This document shows positions 56,401 to 64,000 of a DNA stretch of 64,000 bases, piece after piece. The number at the start of each line of letters is the position of its first letter. The stretch's first letter is position 1. Origin of the DNA: an uncultured virus (IMG/VR IMGVR_UViG_3300049570_000094) (taxonomy: Duplodnaviria; Heunggongvirae; Uroviricota; Caudoviricetes); IMG/VR virus record IMGVR_UViG_3300049570_000094. One strand, written 5' to 3'. The position numbers and the translations under genes are program-made. The notes under the pieces are model-generated. The model saw only the letters and a program-made list of their open reading frames with translations, did not search any database and had not been told where the DNA came from.

Positions 56401-59400
56401 TCGGGGTCTACTGGAGTATGGTGCTCGTCATAATACGCACCACCAAACAAAGGCTTTTGTCCTTTGGTCGTATACCACTGAGTCAGATTAGCGCCCTGAC
56501 CATTGATATCGAGCTGAGAAGCGCCGCCAATTACTTTGCCTTTCGTGCCAAAAAGCTTACCGCCCGAAACCATGTCGATGAGCATCGCAATAAGAGCGAT
56601 CCAGCCAACGACCGGAATTGCTCCCATCGCTCCGGCTACACCAGTAGCAAATCCGCCACCTGCGGCAGCAGAAGCAAGTCCTGCGCTAGCAGCATACGTA
56701 CCAATACCGTAAGCAGCGCCGCCTACAAGCCCTGTCGCCGTGTTGTAACGATTTTGGTAGCGGTTATATCCGGCATAAATTCCGCCTGCAACACCGACCG
56801 CCGTTCCAAATCCAGAAGGCGTCCATGTATTTAATCCATTTTCTCCTTGAATCCACGATCCCATCACATTAGAGCCGTAGTAACCATTGGCTCCGCCGTA
56901 CATGAAATTGTTATATCCAGTGACGGCACGGCCCCACATTCCGGAGATACCGCCGTTTTGAAACATATTGTAGGCTGAGCCGCCTTGAGTAATGTAATTC
57001 AACCAAGGACTGCCTCCTGATCCGGCTCCGCCTGTCAAACCTCCTGCATAACCTCCTTGATATGTTCCTCCGGTGTAATTTGCAGCCGCTAGTCCAACAA
57101 GATCATTGATGCCGAATGACTGGCCTCCGACATTAATGGAGCCTCCGGAACCGCCTCCTCCCATAGAATTTCCGCCGCCTCCAAACATGGAAGCAAAGCC
57201 GGCCATGATCGCATTTCCGAAACCTCCGCTATTTCCTCCGCCAAAACCAAGGAAACTGAACAGAGCATTTCGAATTGCCATTTGCAGCAAGTCATTCAGT
57301 AATGACTTGAAGGTGTCTTTAATCGAGTTCTTGAAGTCTTTGAAATTCTTAATACCGCCGGTAACGAAATCGGCAAAGACTTTCGACAGGTCACTTGCAA
57401 ATCCTTTGAACGCATCCTGCACTTCATGAATTTGCGCCAACTCTTCATTGAGTTTTGCCTGCGCTTCGGAAGCGGCAATAAGCTGCGGAGTAAGCTGTGA
57501 GAGATCACCATTTACCGCTTGCACAGCGATGTTATAGGCGTCCCAATTCTTTCCGCCCTGCGCGGCGTAACCAATCTGCTCCTCAAGCAGCTTATTCTGT
57601 TTTTCAATCTGACCGATCGGCGTATTTTCCCAAAGCTTCTGCCTAGACTTGGCATAATTCAGAGTTGTATTCGTGCTGCTTTGCTCAAGATCGTTTAGAT
57701 ATTTGAGCACTGCATTATAATGTTCCATCGGATCGACTGTTGCGCCGAAATCCGAACCAAGGTCCTTCATTACGGCTGATGCTTCTAGCATCAGACGATT
57801 ATTGTCTTTTACCTTGGGATCAAGCTTATCCCACTGATTTCCCATCGCAGCGATTTTCGCTTCGACGGTATCTGCCTCTCCGAAAGACGACCAAGTTGCA
57901 GAGGCGCTTTGAACAATTTGCGCAACCTTGGATGCAGCAGCAACAGCGCCGTTACCAACAGCTTCCAGTGCTTCACCAAGACGAGAAAGAACTTCGATCT
58001 TTTGCTCGTCCGACAGAGTAGATTCGTCAACCATCCGCGCAGCAATTTCGAAAGCATCGTTCGAATCGAGCGTTGCCTTGTTCGTGCCGTCGATAGTCTT
58101 TTTCAAATCTGAATAGCGAGGATCAAGACGACCAAGAGCGGCACTGACCGCTTCCATCGCCTTATCCTTGTCACTCCAATCCAGCGCAGCTTCGGCTTCC
58201 TCCGCAGTCGCACCGATGGCGTGCAATTTCTCTTGCATTTTCGCGCCGCCTTTAACCAGCTCGTCGCGAATTGCATTGTTCTGACTCAAGCCGCGATTCA
58301 AATCAGCAATCGCGCCTGTTTCACTGCCATAAGCAGTGATGATATTTTTCAGTTCGCTAGCCAGCTCCCGTAGGCGCGCTTTCGCATCGGCCGCTGCCTG
58401 AGCAACTTCCTGATCGTGTTTACTCTCCTGATCGTGTAGCCATTTGTCATAGTCTTTGGGAGCGAATCCTTCGGCGATTTGAGAACCCATTTCTGCCGTC
58501 TTACGGTTGTAGTCCGTGACGGTTTTATTCAGAAGTGCAATGCCGCCTGCAAGTGCTCCTGCAAAATCTCCGCTCTGAATTTTTCCAACAAGATCGTCCC
58601 ATGTAACGCCTACATCACCGATACTGATTTGCAGCGTATTGAGCTGCGCAATCAAGTCAGCGAAGTATGGATCGGCTTTTCCCTGCAAAGCAGAGAATGT
58701 TGCCTCAGCTTTATTCAGCTCAGCCTCTAGATCGGAAAGTTTATTTTTGTATGCTTCTATTTCCGAGCTATGATCGGTTACGTAGGTTTCGCCTTTGATC
58801 TTTTGCGTCGTGATAGGATGCGCCTGCAATTCAAGCAACTCTTTTTGAGTTGCCTGAATTTGCTCGCGAATACGCGCCATCGGACCTTCCATAGAAGATA
58901 CGATGCTCTTTGCCATTTCTGACGTAGCACCGGGCACTGCTTTAGCAGCTTGCTCGATGACTTCGAAATCGTCCTTTACTTGTTTCGCGGCCAACTGCGA
59001 TTGAGCGGCCATGTCCTTTAGGTTGGAATAGACGCCGTAAATTCCAAGCGCAACAATTCCAACAATCGGAACAATTCGACTCAATCCAGCAGCAAGTGCG
59101 CTAACTCCGGTAGCCGCAGAAGTTGCGCCTGCGCCTGCCGCTGCATTCGCTACAGCACCGGCAGCCATTTTTCCGCGCATCAAATCAATTAAGACTAGAA
59201 CGCCTTTGATTTGCGCTTCCAGCAGTCCGATGCCAAGCGCAATATCCTTGAGCACCGTAACCGCAACTTTCCATCCAAGGAAAGCGGCCGTCCATTCAAG
59301 AATTGTCGGAAGATATTTGACAAGCGTTCCGCCGATATTAATCAGCGTGGTCATGACCGACGCAAGTTGAGTCGCCATGCGCGGGCCATTCTGAATAATG

Positions 59401-61811
59401 TACGAAGTCAGCTCTTGAATTTTCTGAGTAAGCTGACCCGAGTATTGAGTGAAAGCTTGAATTGCAACACCTTCAATAGCATGCTGCAATTGAGAGAACG
59501 CAGTAACGGCATTGTTATTGATGATTGACGCAATTCGTGCCGTCGCTCCTTGAGAGTCCTTAATTTTCTTAAGATACTCGGCAAGGCTATTGTCGCTTGC
59601 ATCGAGCATCTTGATAAAATCAAGCAATGCGCCCGAGCTGCGACGATCAAAAATATCCGTAGCGAATTTCAGTTTATCTTTCGTATTGAGATTCTTCATC
59701 TTATCCTGCAATTCAGTGAATGCAGAAATAAGATCGAGCGTTCCTCCGGGTCCGCTCCAAACCTTCGACATATCAATGCCAAGAGCCTGCATCGCCTTTT
59801 GTGCTTTAGGCGTTTGCGTAGCAAGACTCTGAATAATATTTCGAAGATCGGTTCCCGATTTCGATGCTGAAATACCGACCTGACGAAGCAGAGCGATCGA
59901 CGCTAGTGTTTCATCCAGACCGATACCGGCCGCATGTGCAGTAGCACCGACTTGTCCGAGCGCTTGCGTCAGCTCAGAAATAGTTGTGGTAGATGCAAGA
60001 GACGCAGCCGTGATCTTATCCGCTACGGCCGTAGCATCATTCGCACTCAGACCAAACGCAGCCAGAGTATTGACAAGTTTATTTGCAGCGGCTTCGGTAC
60101 TAATTTCACCGACCGTTGCAAGATTCAGAACTGCCGGGAGCGTGATTAGCGCTTGCTGTGCATCCTGACCCGCTTGGCCGAGTGCTTTGAAAGCTTCTGC
60201 AACTTCCGCAGCGCTAAATTTGCTCGCCTGCGACAGCTTGATGAATTGGTCAATGTAAGGTTGCAGGCCCGCTCGATTCTGCGGAATTTCTGCAAACACT
60301 GATGTTGCAGAACGCAGGGCTTTTTCGAATTGCGCTCCGACAGTGATTGTTTCTTTTAGCGATTTGGTAATCGCATACGCTCCCGCAGCAACAGCCACGG
60401 TAGACGCAGCAAAGCCGCCGAACGCGATACCAGTGCCCTGCATACTTGCACGCAGAGCCGCCGCACCTTGCGTAGCGACATTGAAATTGCCAGTGACAGA
60501 TTTCAGACCAACAGCGGCACGCACTGCGGATTTGCTCAACGCATCATATTCAGCGCGAGCGGCAGCTACCCCGGACGCGAATTGCGTCTGATTGATTACT
60601 CCGCCAGTTTTTAGATTTGAAAGCGATGTTAATTTCGCTTTCAATTGGTCAATCGGCGCAAGTTGCGCCGTCACGCTGGACCCGACCAGTTTCAGATCGG
60701 CCGCTAGCTGCACGGCTTCCAGAGCGGCCTTCTGCTTGCTGGCGCTGAGCTGATCCCAACCAGCGCGCAACTTGAGTAGTTCCGCCTCGCTAGCTTTATT
60801 TACAGAAAGACTAGCCTGTACTTGCTGGATGTACTGCCGTAGCGCTGCCGCCGCCTCTTCGTCGGCCGTCGCCGAGCGCGCACGCACTTGGGAGCGCTTC
60901 GCCTCCGCATCCGTGGCCTTGACCAACGCATCCCGCGCGTTATCCAGCGCTACCTTGTATTGCTGCTCCGTGATGTAGAGCTGCTTCGTTTGCGGGTTAA
61001 TGCGTCCGCGTAGATTATTTAGAGCATCCGTTTGCTGGTAATAACGCTCAAGCGGAGAAAGCGCTCGCGTCATTAATCCAGAAATGGTTTCGATATCCTG
61101 CGCAATTTGCAGGTTATAAGTCAGAGACTTTTTCTGAGCCTCAGACAAAAGATTGTAACCGGCAGTCATCTTTGCAAGCTGACCCGGTGTTTTATTGAAT
61201 TCGGCATTTTGCTGACGTAGAGACGCCAGCATTTTTTCGGAATCGGTTCCGGCAGACGCAAAAGATTTCGAGTACACGGCCATTGCACGCGCCATGTCGT
61301 TCGCCGAAAGCTTTCCGTCCTTCATGAGAATGTTCAACGTCTTTTGCATTTCAGCTTCGCGCTGTGCAGACGTTTGAATATCTCGCATGATCTTGGAAAG
61401 CTGGCCGCGAGCATTCGCTAGCTCGGCAGCGGCCTTCCTTCCTTCGACCATTGATTTTGTATTTGCAGTATTCGAAGCCGTGTTGTCTTTGATTGCGCGC
61501 GACTGCGCGATAATCGCAGCAGACGACTTCGCTACATTCTCACGAAGCGATCCTTGCTGTTGTGCGATATTGCGAGTCGTGTTTCCTAGTTCGCGCAGAT
61601 TGCCACCGAATCCTTTAAGCAAAGAATTCAGGCCGTCAAGTGATTTACCTAACTCCCGGATTTGATTCAGAGCATCACTGGAAAAATCCAGATTCTTCCG
61701 AACACCGTCACCGGCAGTTTTGGCTTTGTCAGCCAATCCGAGAATAGATTCGCCAAGTTTGTCAACTCGGCCTTCCGCAGTCTCGGTACTAATTTCAATT
61801 TCGACAGACAT
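53484..61811 (-). CDS. Tail tape measure protein (2775 aa)
   Basis: Ala/Gln-rich helical; TP901-type core (FSAAEVAEA..LGQAG, SGTDLR); follows the chaperones. Confidence 0.95.
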   Translation of the reverse strand: MSVEIEISTETAEGRVDKLGESILGLADKAKTAGDGVRKNLDFSSDALNQIRELGKSLDGLNSLLKGFGGNLRELGNTTRNIAQQQGSLRENVAKSSAAIIAQSRAIKDNTASNTANTKSMVEGRKAAAELANARGQLSKIMRDIQTSAQREAEMQKTLNILMKDGKLSANDMARAMAVYSKSFASAGTDSEKMLASLRQQNAEFNKTPGQLAKMTAGYNLLSEAQKKSLTYNLQIAQDIETISGLMTRALSPLERYYQQTDALNNLRGRINPQTKQLYITEQQYKVALDNARDALVKATDAEAKRSQVRARSATADEEAAAALRQYIQQVQASLSVNKASEAELLKLRAGWDQLSASKQKAALEAVQLAADLKLVGSSVTAQLAPIDQLKAKLTSLSNLKTGGVINQTQFASGVAAARAEYDALSKSAVRAAVGLKSVTGNFNVATQGAAALRASMQGTGIAFGGFAASTVAVAAGAYAITKSLKETITVGAQFEKALRSATSVFAEIPQNRAGLQPYIDQFIKLSQASKFSAAEVAEAFKALGQAGQDAQQALITLPAVLNLATVGEISTEAAANKLVNTLAAFGLSANDATAVADKITAASLASTTTISELTQALGQVGATAHAAGIGLDETLASIALLRQVGISASKSGTDLRNIIQSLATQTPKAQKAMQALGIDMSKVWSGPGGTLDLISAFTELQDKMKNLNTKDKLKFATDIFDRRSSGALLDFIKMLDASDNSLAEYLKKIKDSQGATARIASIINNNAVTAFSQLQHAIEGVAIQAFTQYSGQLTQKIQELTSYIIQNGPRMATQLASVMTTLINIGGTLVKYLPTILEWTAAFLGWKVAVTVLKDIALGIGLLEAQIKGVLVLIDLMRGKMAAGAVANAAAGAGATSAATGVSALAAGLSRIVPIVGIVALGIYGVYSNLKDMAAQSQLAAKQVKDDFEVIEQAAKAVPGATSEMAKSIVSSMEGPMARIREQIQATQKELLELQAHPITTQKIKGETYVTDHSSEIEAYKNKLSDLEAELNKAEATFSALQGKADPYFADLIAQLNTLQISIGDVGVTWDDLVGKIQSGDFAGALAGGIALLNKTVTDYNRKTAEMGSQIAEGFAPKDYDKWLHDQESKHDQEVAQAAADAKARLRELASELKNIITAYGSETGAIADLNRGLSQNNAIRDELVKGGAKMQEKLHAIGATAEEAEAALDWSDKDKAMEAVSAALGRLDPRYSDLKKTIDGTNKATLDSNDAFEIAARMVDESTLSDEQKIEVLSRLGEALEAVGNGAVAAASKVAQIVQSASATWSSFGEADTVEAKIAAMGNQWDKLDPKVKDNNRLMLEASAVMKDLGSDFGATVDPMEHYNAVLKYLNDLEQSSTNTTLNYAKSRQKLWENTPIGQIEKQNKLLEEQIGYAAQGGKNWDAYNIAVQAVNGDLSQLTPQLIAASEAQAKLNEELAQIHEVQDAFKGFASDLSKVFADFVTGGIKNFKDFKNSIKDTFKSLLNDLLQMAIRNALFSFLGFGGGNSGGFGNAIMAGFASMFGGGGNSMGGGGSGGSINVGGQSFGINDLVGLAAANYTGGTYQGGYAGGLTGGAGSGGSPWLNYITQGGSAYNMFQNGGISGMWGRAVTGYNNFMYGGANGYYGSNVMGSWIQGENGLNTWTPSGFGTAVGVAGGIYAGYNRYQNRYNTATGLVGGAAYGIGTYAASAGLASAAAGGGFATGVAGAMGAIPVVGWIALIAMLIDMVSGGKLFGTKGKVIGGASQLDINGQGANLTQWYTTKGQKPLFGGAYYDEHHTPVDPEAQKAADDFFNAIKKGRDQFAKIFGVEMGDIVGGTFVQSFDKKGNPTTSTTTINGKEYKDETQEQFAERLGAENIIAVLKQVGVDITAYTNNFIDDADKYAEAVSDAGKAMTDAYMDIKGNVGLFQGDDALQKTFDTIVKLKNADESLSDAYTRIIGSVNLVNETLGPMGANLNKTREEYVEWSADLVNSLGGLQAAQQIMQDFSDTFGIAFNTGQYAMEQADTRLKALLGSIGLSMNTTADQFAEAFQKMLPNMTSAEAADWLRVAEAFSQVKKLKDALSDFMFGIDEQMAQFEGRTYTHQMEAVNRQMEENIRQARALGASEDQLNRIRKLATYQIAQLMGQLKAELTDLIKQFHGQQGRDVQAAQQSAHDAQMSNIEAERQAEQDKYEAAQDAIKQIKELLDQLNIGDLSPQNVQGRMENARDIYQQTLQAALGGDPEAMQNLAGAAQDYLELAQQYYGSGVDYSQIFNEVTQALKDAQTAFEAIPKPPESSGGDSGGAQTTQLTEAERFQLALQIAQDIGQLHIATGADILDLMKSYGVTIGELADSLGVDINHLNDDTFANLQVMAQALGVSIPDLLTMLGAKGDEIAAYFGVKADDIIAGNLDALNTMADTLGINVLEALQIANIPVTDLLKGMGVDISTLTTDTPGQLAAVAASLGVSVIDLMGAAGITMTDLVTAWNNGVAITSLDPASMALLGQMSHALGIDIVTLLTNMGFDVHTMSGGIADALQDGFDSIPDLPSDIKDQLKDYLEAIRNSGDNEELNTNTGALSTYVSTLPADVQAALAPVLADVGLSVTGTGATTLDDLNGTIATGNEAMQDVADNTGEDGPIVRELKNIAQGTNSAQAAGASATVEFDTEAMQAMAQGFFVESFDASDLYGESSADTSDYAEEEGNRNAATATATAETSAATAQATKAAAEEMTRMCEEIAAMHETLAKQTTKLSGMLNQQSEEAAKFRREQRLNKKQ

Positions 61812-61824
61812 TCGTCACCTGACT

Positions 61825-61859
61825 AGAAATAAAGAAAGCCCCAACACGTGTTGGGGCTT
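61825..61859 (-). terminator. Terminator-like hairpin between chaperones and tape measure
   Basis: AAGCCCCAACAC/GTGTTGGGGCTT, then TCTTTATTTCT on the - strand. Confidence 0.75.
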
Positions 61860-61865
61860 CCAGAT

Positions 61866-62258
61866 TTATCTACGAGAAGGTCGTCCAAAGCCTTTTCCGG
61901 GTTTCTTTGCCTTTTCCAATTCTCTTTCCTGCTTCGCCTTTTCGGCGTGATGCTCCATGTACTCAGCATCACACTCGAACATCATCTTGAAAAAGAACTC
62001 CTTGTCTTCATCAAAATCGAACTCACGGCAGTAGCAGGCAATTTCCGAAAGTTGAAGCGGCTGTTGCGCCATGAAATACTCGCGACGCCGATTCAAGTCC
62101 AAGAACGCTCTCAAGTAGTCATGCAAATACCAAGGCAGCGAAGGTTTGTCTCTCAGCGCTTGTGGAAGTTTTCCACTCGCTTCATACATTCCTTTTAATG
62201 CCTTTTCCTCTTTACCCCAAACTAGGTGCCACTTAATTGCGGCACGGAGTCTTTTCCC
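61866..62258 (-). CDS. Tail assembly chaperone, frameshifted C-terminal part (GT-like)
   Basis: The -1 frame is open from the slippery site through MYEASG... to the stop at 61866. Confidence 0.85.
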   Translation of the reverse strand, partial: GKRLRAAIKWHLVWGKEEKALKGMYEASGKLPQALRDKPSLPWYLHDYLRAFLDLNRRREYFMAQQPLQLSEIACYCREFDFDEDKEFFFKMMFECDAEYMEHHAEKAKQERELEKAKKPGKGFGRPSRR

Positions 62259-62677
62259 AAGTTGTCCTCCGTAAACATCAGGAAGGCGTTCTGATCTTCC
62301 GCATAACCCTTGATCTTGTTACGGAACAATTCGTTCTTCAACAGCTTCGCAGCCATCGTCTGATCGAACGTTCCGTTCTGATAGGGCACGCCGTCGATCT
62401 TCACTTCGGGAAGTTTTCCGTTTACTTCTTCCAGCTTCATGTCCTTCAAAACGGTCTGTGCATAAACTTCCTGCATCAGTTCATCCGAAAGATCATGCGC
62501 AGTATCGTCATCCTGTTCTAGCGACGCACGAACCGCCTTGTACTTACGACGAAGAACGCGACGGAAATTCGGATTCTGCGCACGTGCCACTTTAACCATG
62601 ACGCCGCGTGCAATTGGAAACCAAACACCTTCGACTTCTTTCTTCTCGTCAATTACGTTGTCTTTGAAAAGGTCCAC
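62222..62677 (-). CDS. Tail assembly chaperone (G-like)
   Basis: Between tube and tape measure; E.EGVW, VARAQNP.F; AGGAG SD. Confidence 0.88.
   Translation of the reverse strand: MDLFKDNVIDEKKEVEGVWFPIARGVMVKVARAQNPNFRRVLRRKYKAVRASLEQDDDTAHDLSDELMQEVYAQTVLKDMKLEEVNGKLPEVKIDGVPYQNGTFDQTMAAKLLKNELFRNKIKGYAEDQNAFLMFTEDNLGKDSVPQLSGT
62226..62258 (-). promoter_or_regulatory. Programmed -1 frameshift signal
   Basis: G GGA AAA heptamer at 62258-62252; hairpin GUGCCGC-AAUUAA-GUGGCAC 6 nt downstream. Confidence 0.88.
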
Positions 62678-62680
62678 TTA

Positions 62681-62783
62681 TTCGCTCCTGATTTATTTCC
62701 TGAGCGCTCCTTGGAAGTAGCTCCGCACTGGCGATAGGGAGCGATCTATCAAACCGGCCGTAGGCCGGCTGCCAGTGCGGAGT
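62681..62783 (-). ncRNA. Structured intercistronic RNA (three-way junction, loop complementary to downstream SD)
   Basis: 12-bp closing stem and two internal hairpins; loop AUCGCUCC versus GGAGCGA. Confidence 0.65.
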
Positions 62784-62795
62784 TCGGTATTACGG

Positions 62796-63989
62796 CTATG
62801 CCACCGGGAAGGTGTCGATTTGCACCATGCAATCCGTATCCGGATCGCGGAGCGCAGTGAACTGCGTATCCGCCATAACATCCGAATCGAGCTGTGATGC
62901 GTTGAAAGTGAACTTCTCGTATTTGCAACGCGGCGAAGTCCAGATCATCATATTTCCGAGCGAGTCAGCAAGCAGCATCGAGAACGCGAAAACCTGCGTC
63001 TGCTTGAACATGTCTGCCTGAGCCTTCGACTCGAAATATTGACTCGCGGTGTAATTCACCATGAGCTGACCGGCGACGACACCCACGTTACCGAGAACCG
63101 AAAGGCCCTTCTGTTCGCGGTGCTGATTATCCAGCTCCACGCTCAGCGAAGAAATCGAACCCTTGGTTCCGAACGCAGTGTTGTTCTGCGTAACGCTGCG
63201 AATGCTCGCAACGCAATTCAGAATTTCCGTAGTCGAAGCGTCCACAATCGACTCACCAGCGAACGTAGTACCTTCCGCGAGCGAGCCGCCCTTGCCGATG
63301 AAATTGAACGCGCCGGTCAAGATCGCTTTCGTCTGCATCTGCAACGAAACGCCCTTCACACGCATACCTGTAAAGATATGCCGCGTCATCACCGTTGTAT
63401 CATTGAATTGCTTGACGAGCGTATAGCTGCGCTCGGTAATTCCGTTGCGAAGCATCTTGCCGTCGATATGCGCAGCAGCAAGAGCCGGAGTTTCAGCAAC
63501 AGCAGGCTGCGGAACAACCGTCAACGTCTGATCGTCCGTAACTTCCGTAACGAGGAACACATCGTTCAGAAGCGGATTCGTGAAACCCGACAGCTTCAAC
63601 CACTGACCGACAACAACGCTAGCGAATTTGCCAGCCGTAGTAGACGTAAGATTGTCCGACGCAGCCGCAACCGTGGAAATATCGCCAGCCACACCGACAA
63701 TTGCCAGCGCACTCGACCATGTTCCCATAAGAGCCGATTCAATCAAATCTTCGAACGTGCCGTACGACAGCTCGAAATTGAATGCACCACTCGGAGACGA
63801 ATCGACAAGCACGGTGTCATCGAGCATTCGATCCGAGCGAATTTCTTTCGATTTCTCGAAAGACAGATTTTCGTCAAGGGACTCTCCGGTATAACGCGTT
63901 TCAATCAGCGCGGGACTAGCCGGAGTAGTGCCCCAAACACTTTCACGCACGCGATAGAGCGCAGTGCGGTTGGCCGATGCAAGACTCAT
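62796..63989 (-). CDS. Major tail tube protein
   Basis: ESVWGTTP, RYTGESL, SKEIRSDR, FELSYG, SYTLVKQF motifs of siphoviral tube proteins. Confidence 0.9.
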   Translation of the reverse strand: MSLASANRTALYRVRESVWGTTPASPALIETRYTGESLDENLSFEKSKEIRSDRMLDDTVLVDSSPSGAFNFELSYGTFEDLIESALMGTWSSALAIVGVAGDISTVAAASDNLTSTTAGKFASVVVGQWLKLSGFTNPLLNDVFLVTEVTDDQTLTVVPQPAVAETPALAAAHIDGKMLRNGITERSYTLVKQFNDTTVMTRHIFTGMRVKGVSLQMQTKAILTGAFNFIGKGGSLAEGTTFAGESIVDASTTEILNCVASIRSVTQNNTAFGTKGSISSLSVELDNQHREQKGLSVLGNVGVVAGQLMVNYTASQYFESKAQADMFKQTQVFAFSMLLADSLGNMMIWTSPRCKYEKFTFNASQLDSDVMADTQFTALRDPDTDCMVQIDTFPVA

Positions 63990-64000
63990 TTACTTTCAAA

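Larger units (their letters stand above)
1..64000. mobile_element. Bacteriophage genome segment (siphovirus-like), covering early, replication and tail modules
   Basis: Tail tube, tape measure and chaperone frameshift; phage replication cluster; dense small ORFs; no host housekeeping genes. Confidence 0.97.

Noticed and set aside
62720..62783. Hammerhead ribozyme or tRNA
   Set aside because: No CUGAnGA/GAAA core and no cloverleaf with a TTC loop

Overview
The window is an internal 64 kb slice of a tailed dsDNA bacteriophage genome with siphovirus-type tail genes. The host is probably a proteobacterium; this is inferred from the split NrdJa/NrdJb and the apparent avoidance of GC-rich restriction sites. 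There are three blocks. (1) About 1-15 kb, + strand: a dense run of small, mostly hypothetical early-type genes, many preceded by a conserved palindrome TAATTAC-N3/4-GTAAT that abuts the Shine-Dalgarno (SD). (2) About 15-46.6 kb, + strand: nucleotide metabolism, replication and recombination genes (class II RNR, ligase, dNMP kinase, HD phosphohydrolase, ThyX, primase-helicase, SNF2-like helicase, SSB-like protein, family A polymerase, TOPRIM protein, DnaQ-like exonuclease, dUTPase, resolvase, Mre11/Rad50). (3) 46.6-64 kb, - strand: a tail module (tube, chaperone pair with a -1 frameshift, tape measure, tip proteins, three paralogous distal tail proteins). Three free-standing homing endonucleases are present. 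I found no integrase, CRISPR array, reverse transcriptase or tRNA by eye. The most interesting signals are non-coding: the SD-linked palindrome array, a three-way-junction RNA whose loop is complementary to the tail-chaperone SD, a shared YATTTCT tail after terminator hairpins, and apparent genome-wide avoidance of CCWGG, CTGCAG and similar sites. All functional calls come from motif recognition by eye, with no database searches; many start codons were adjusted to the nearest SD.
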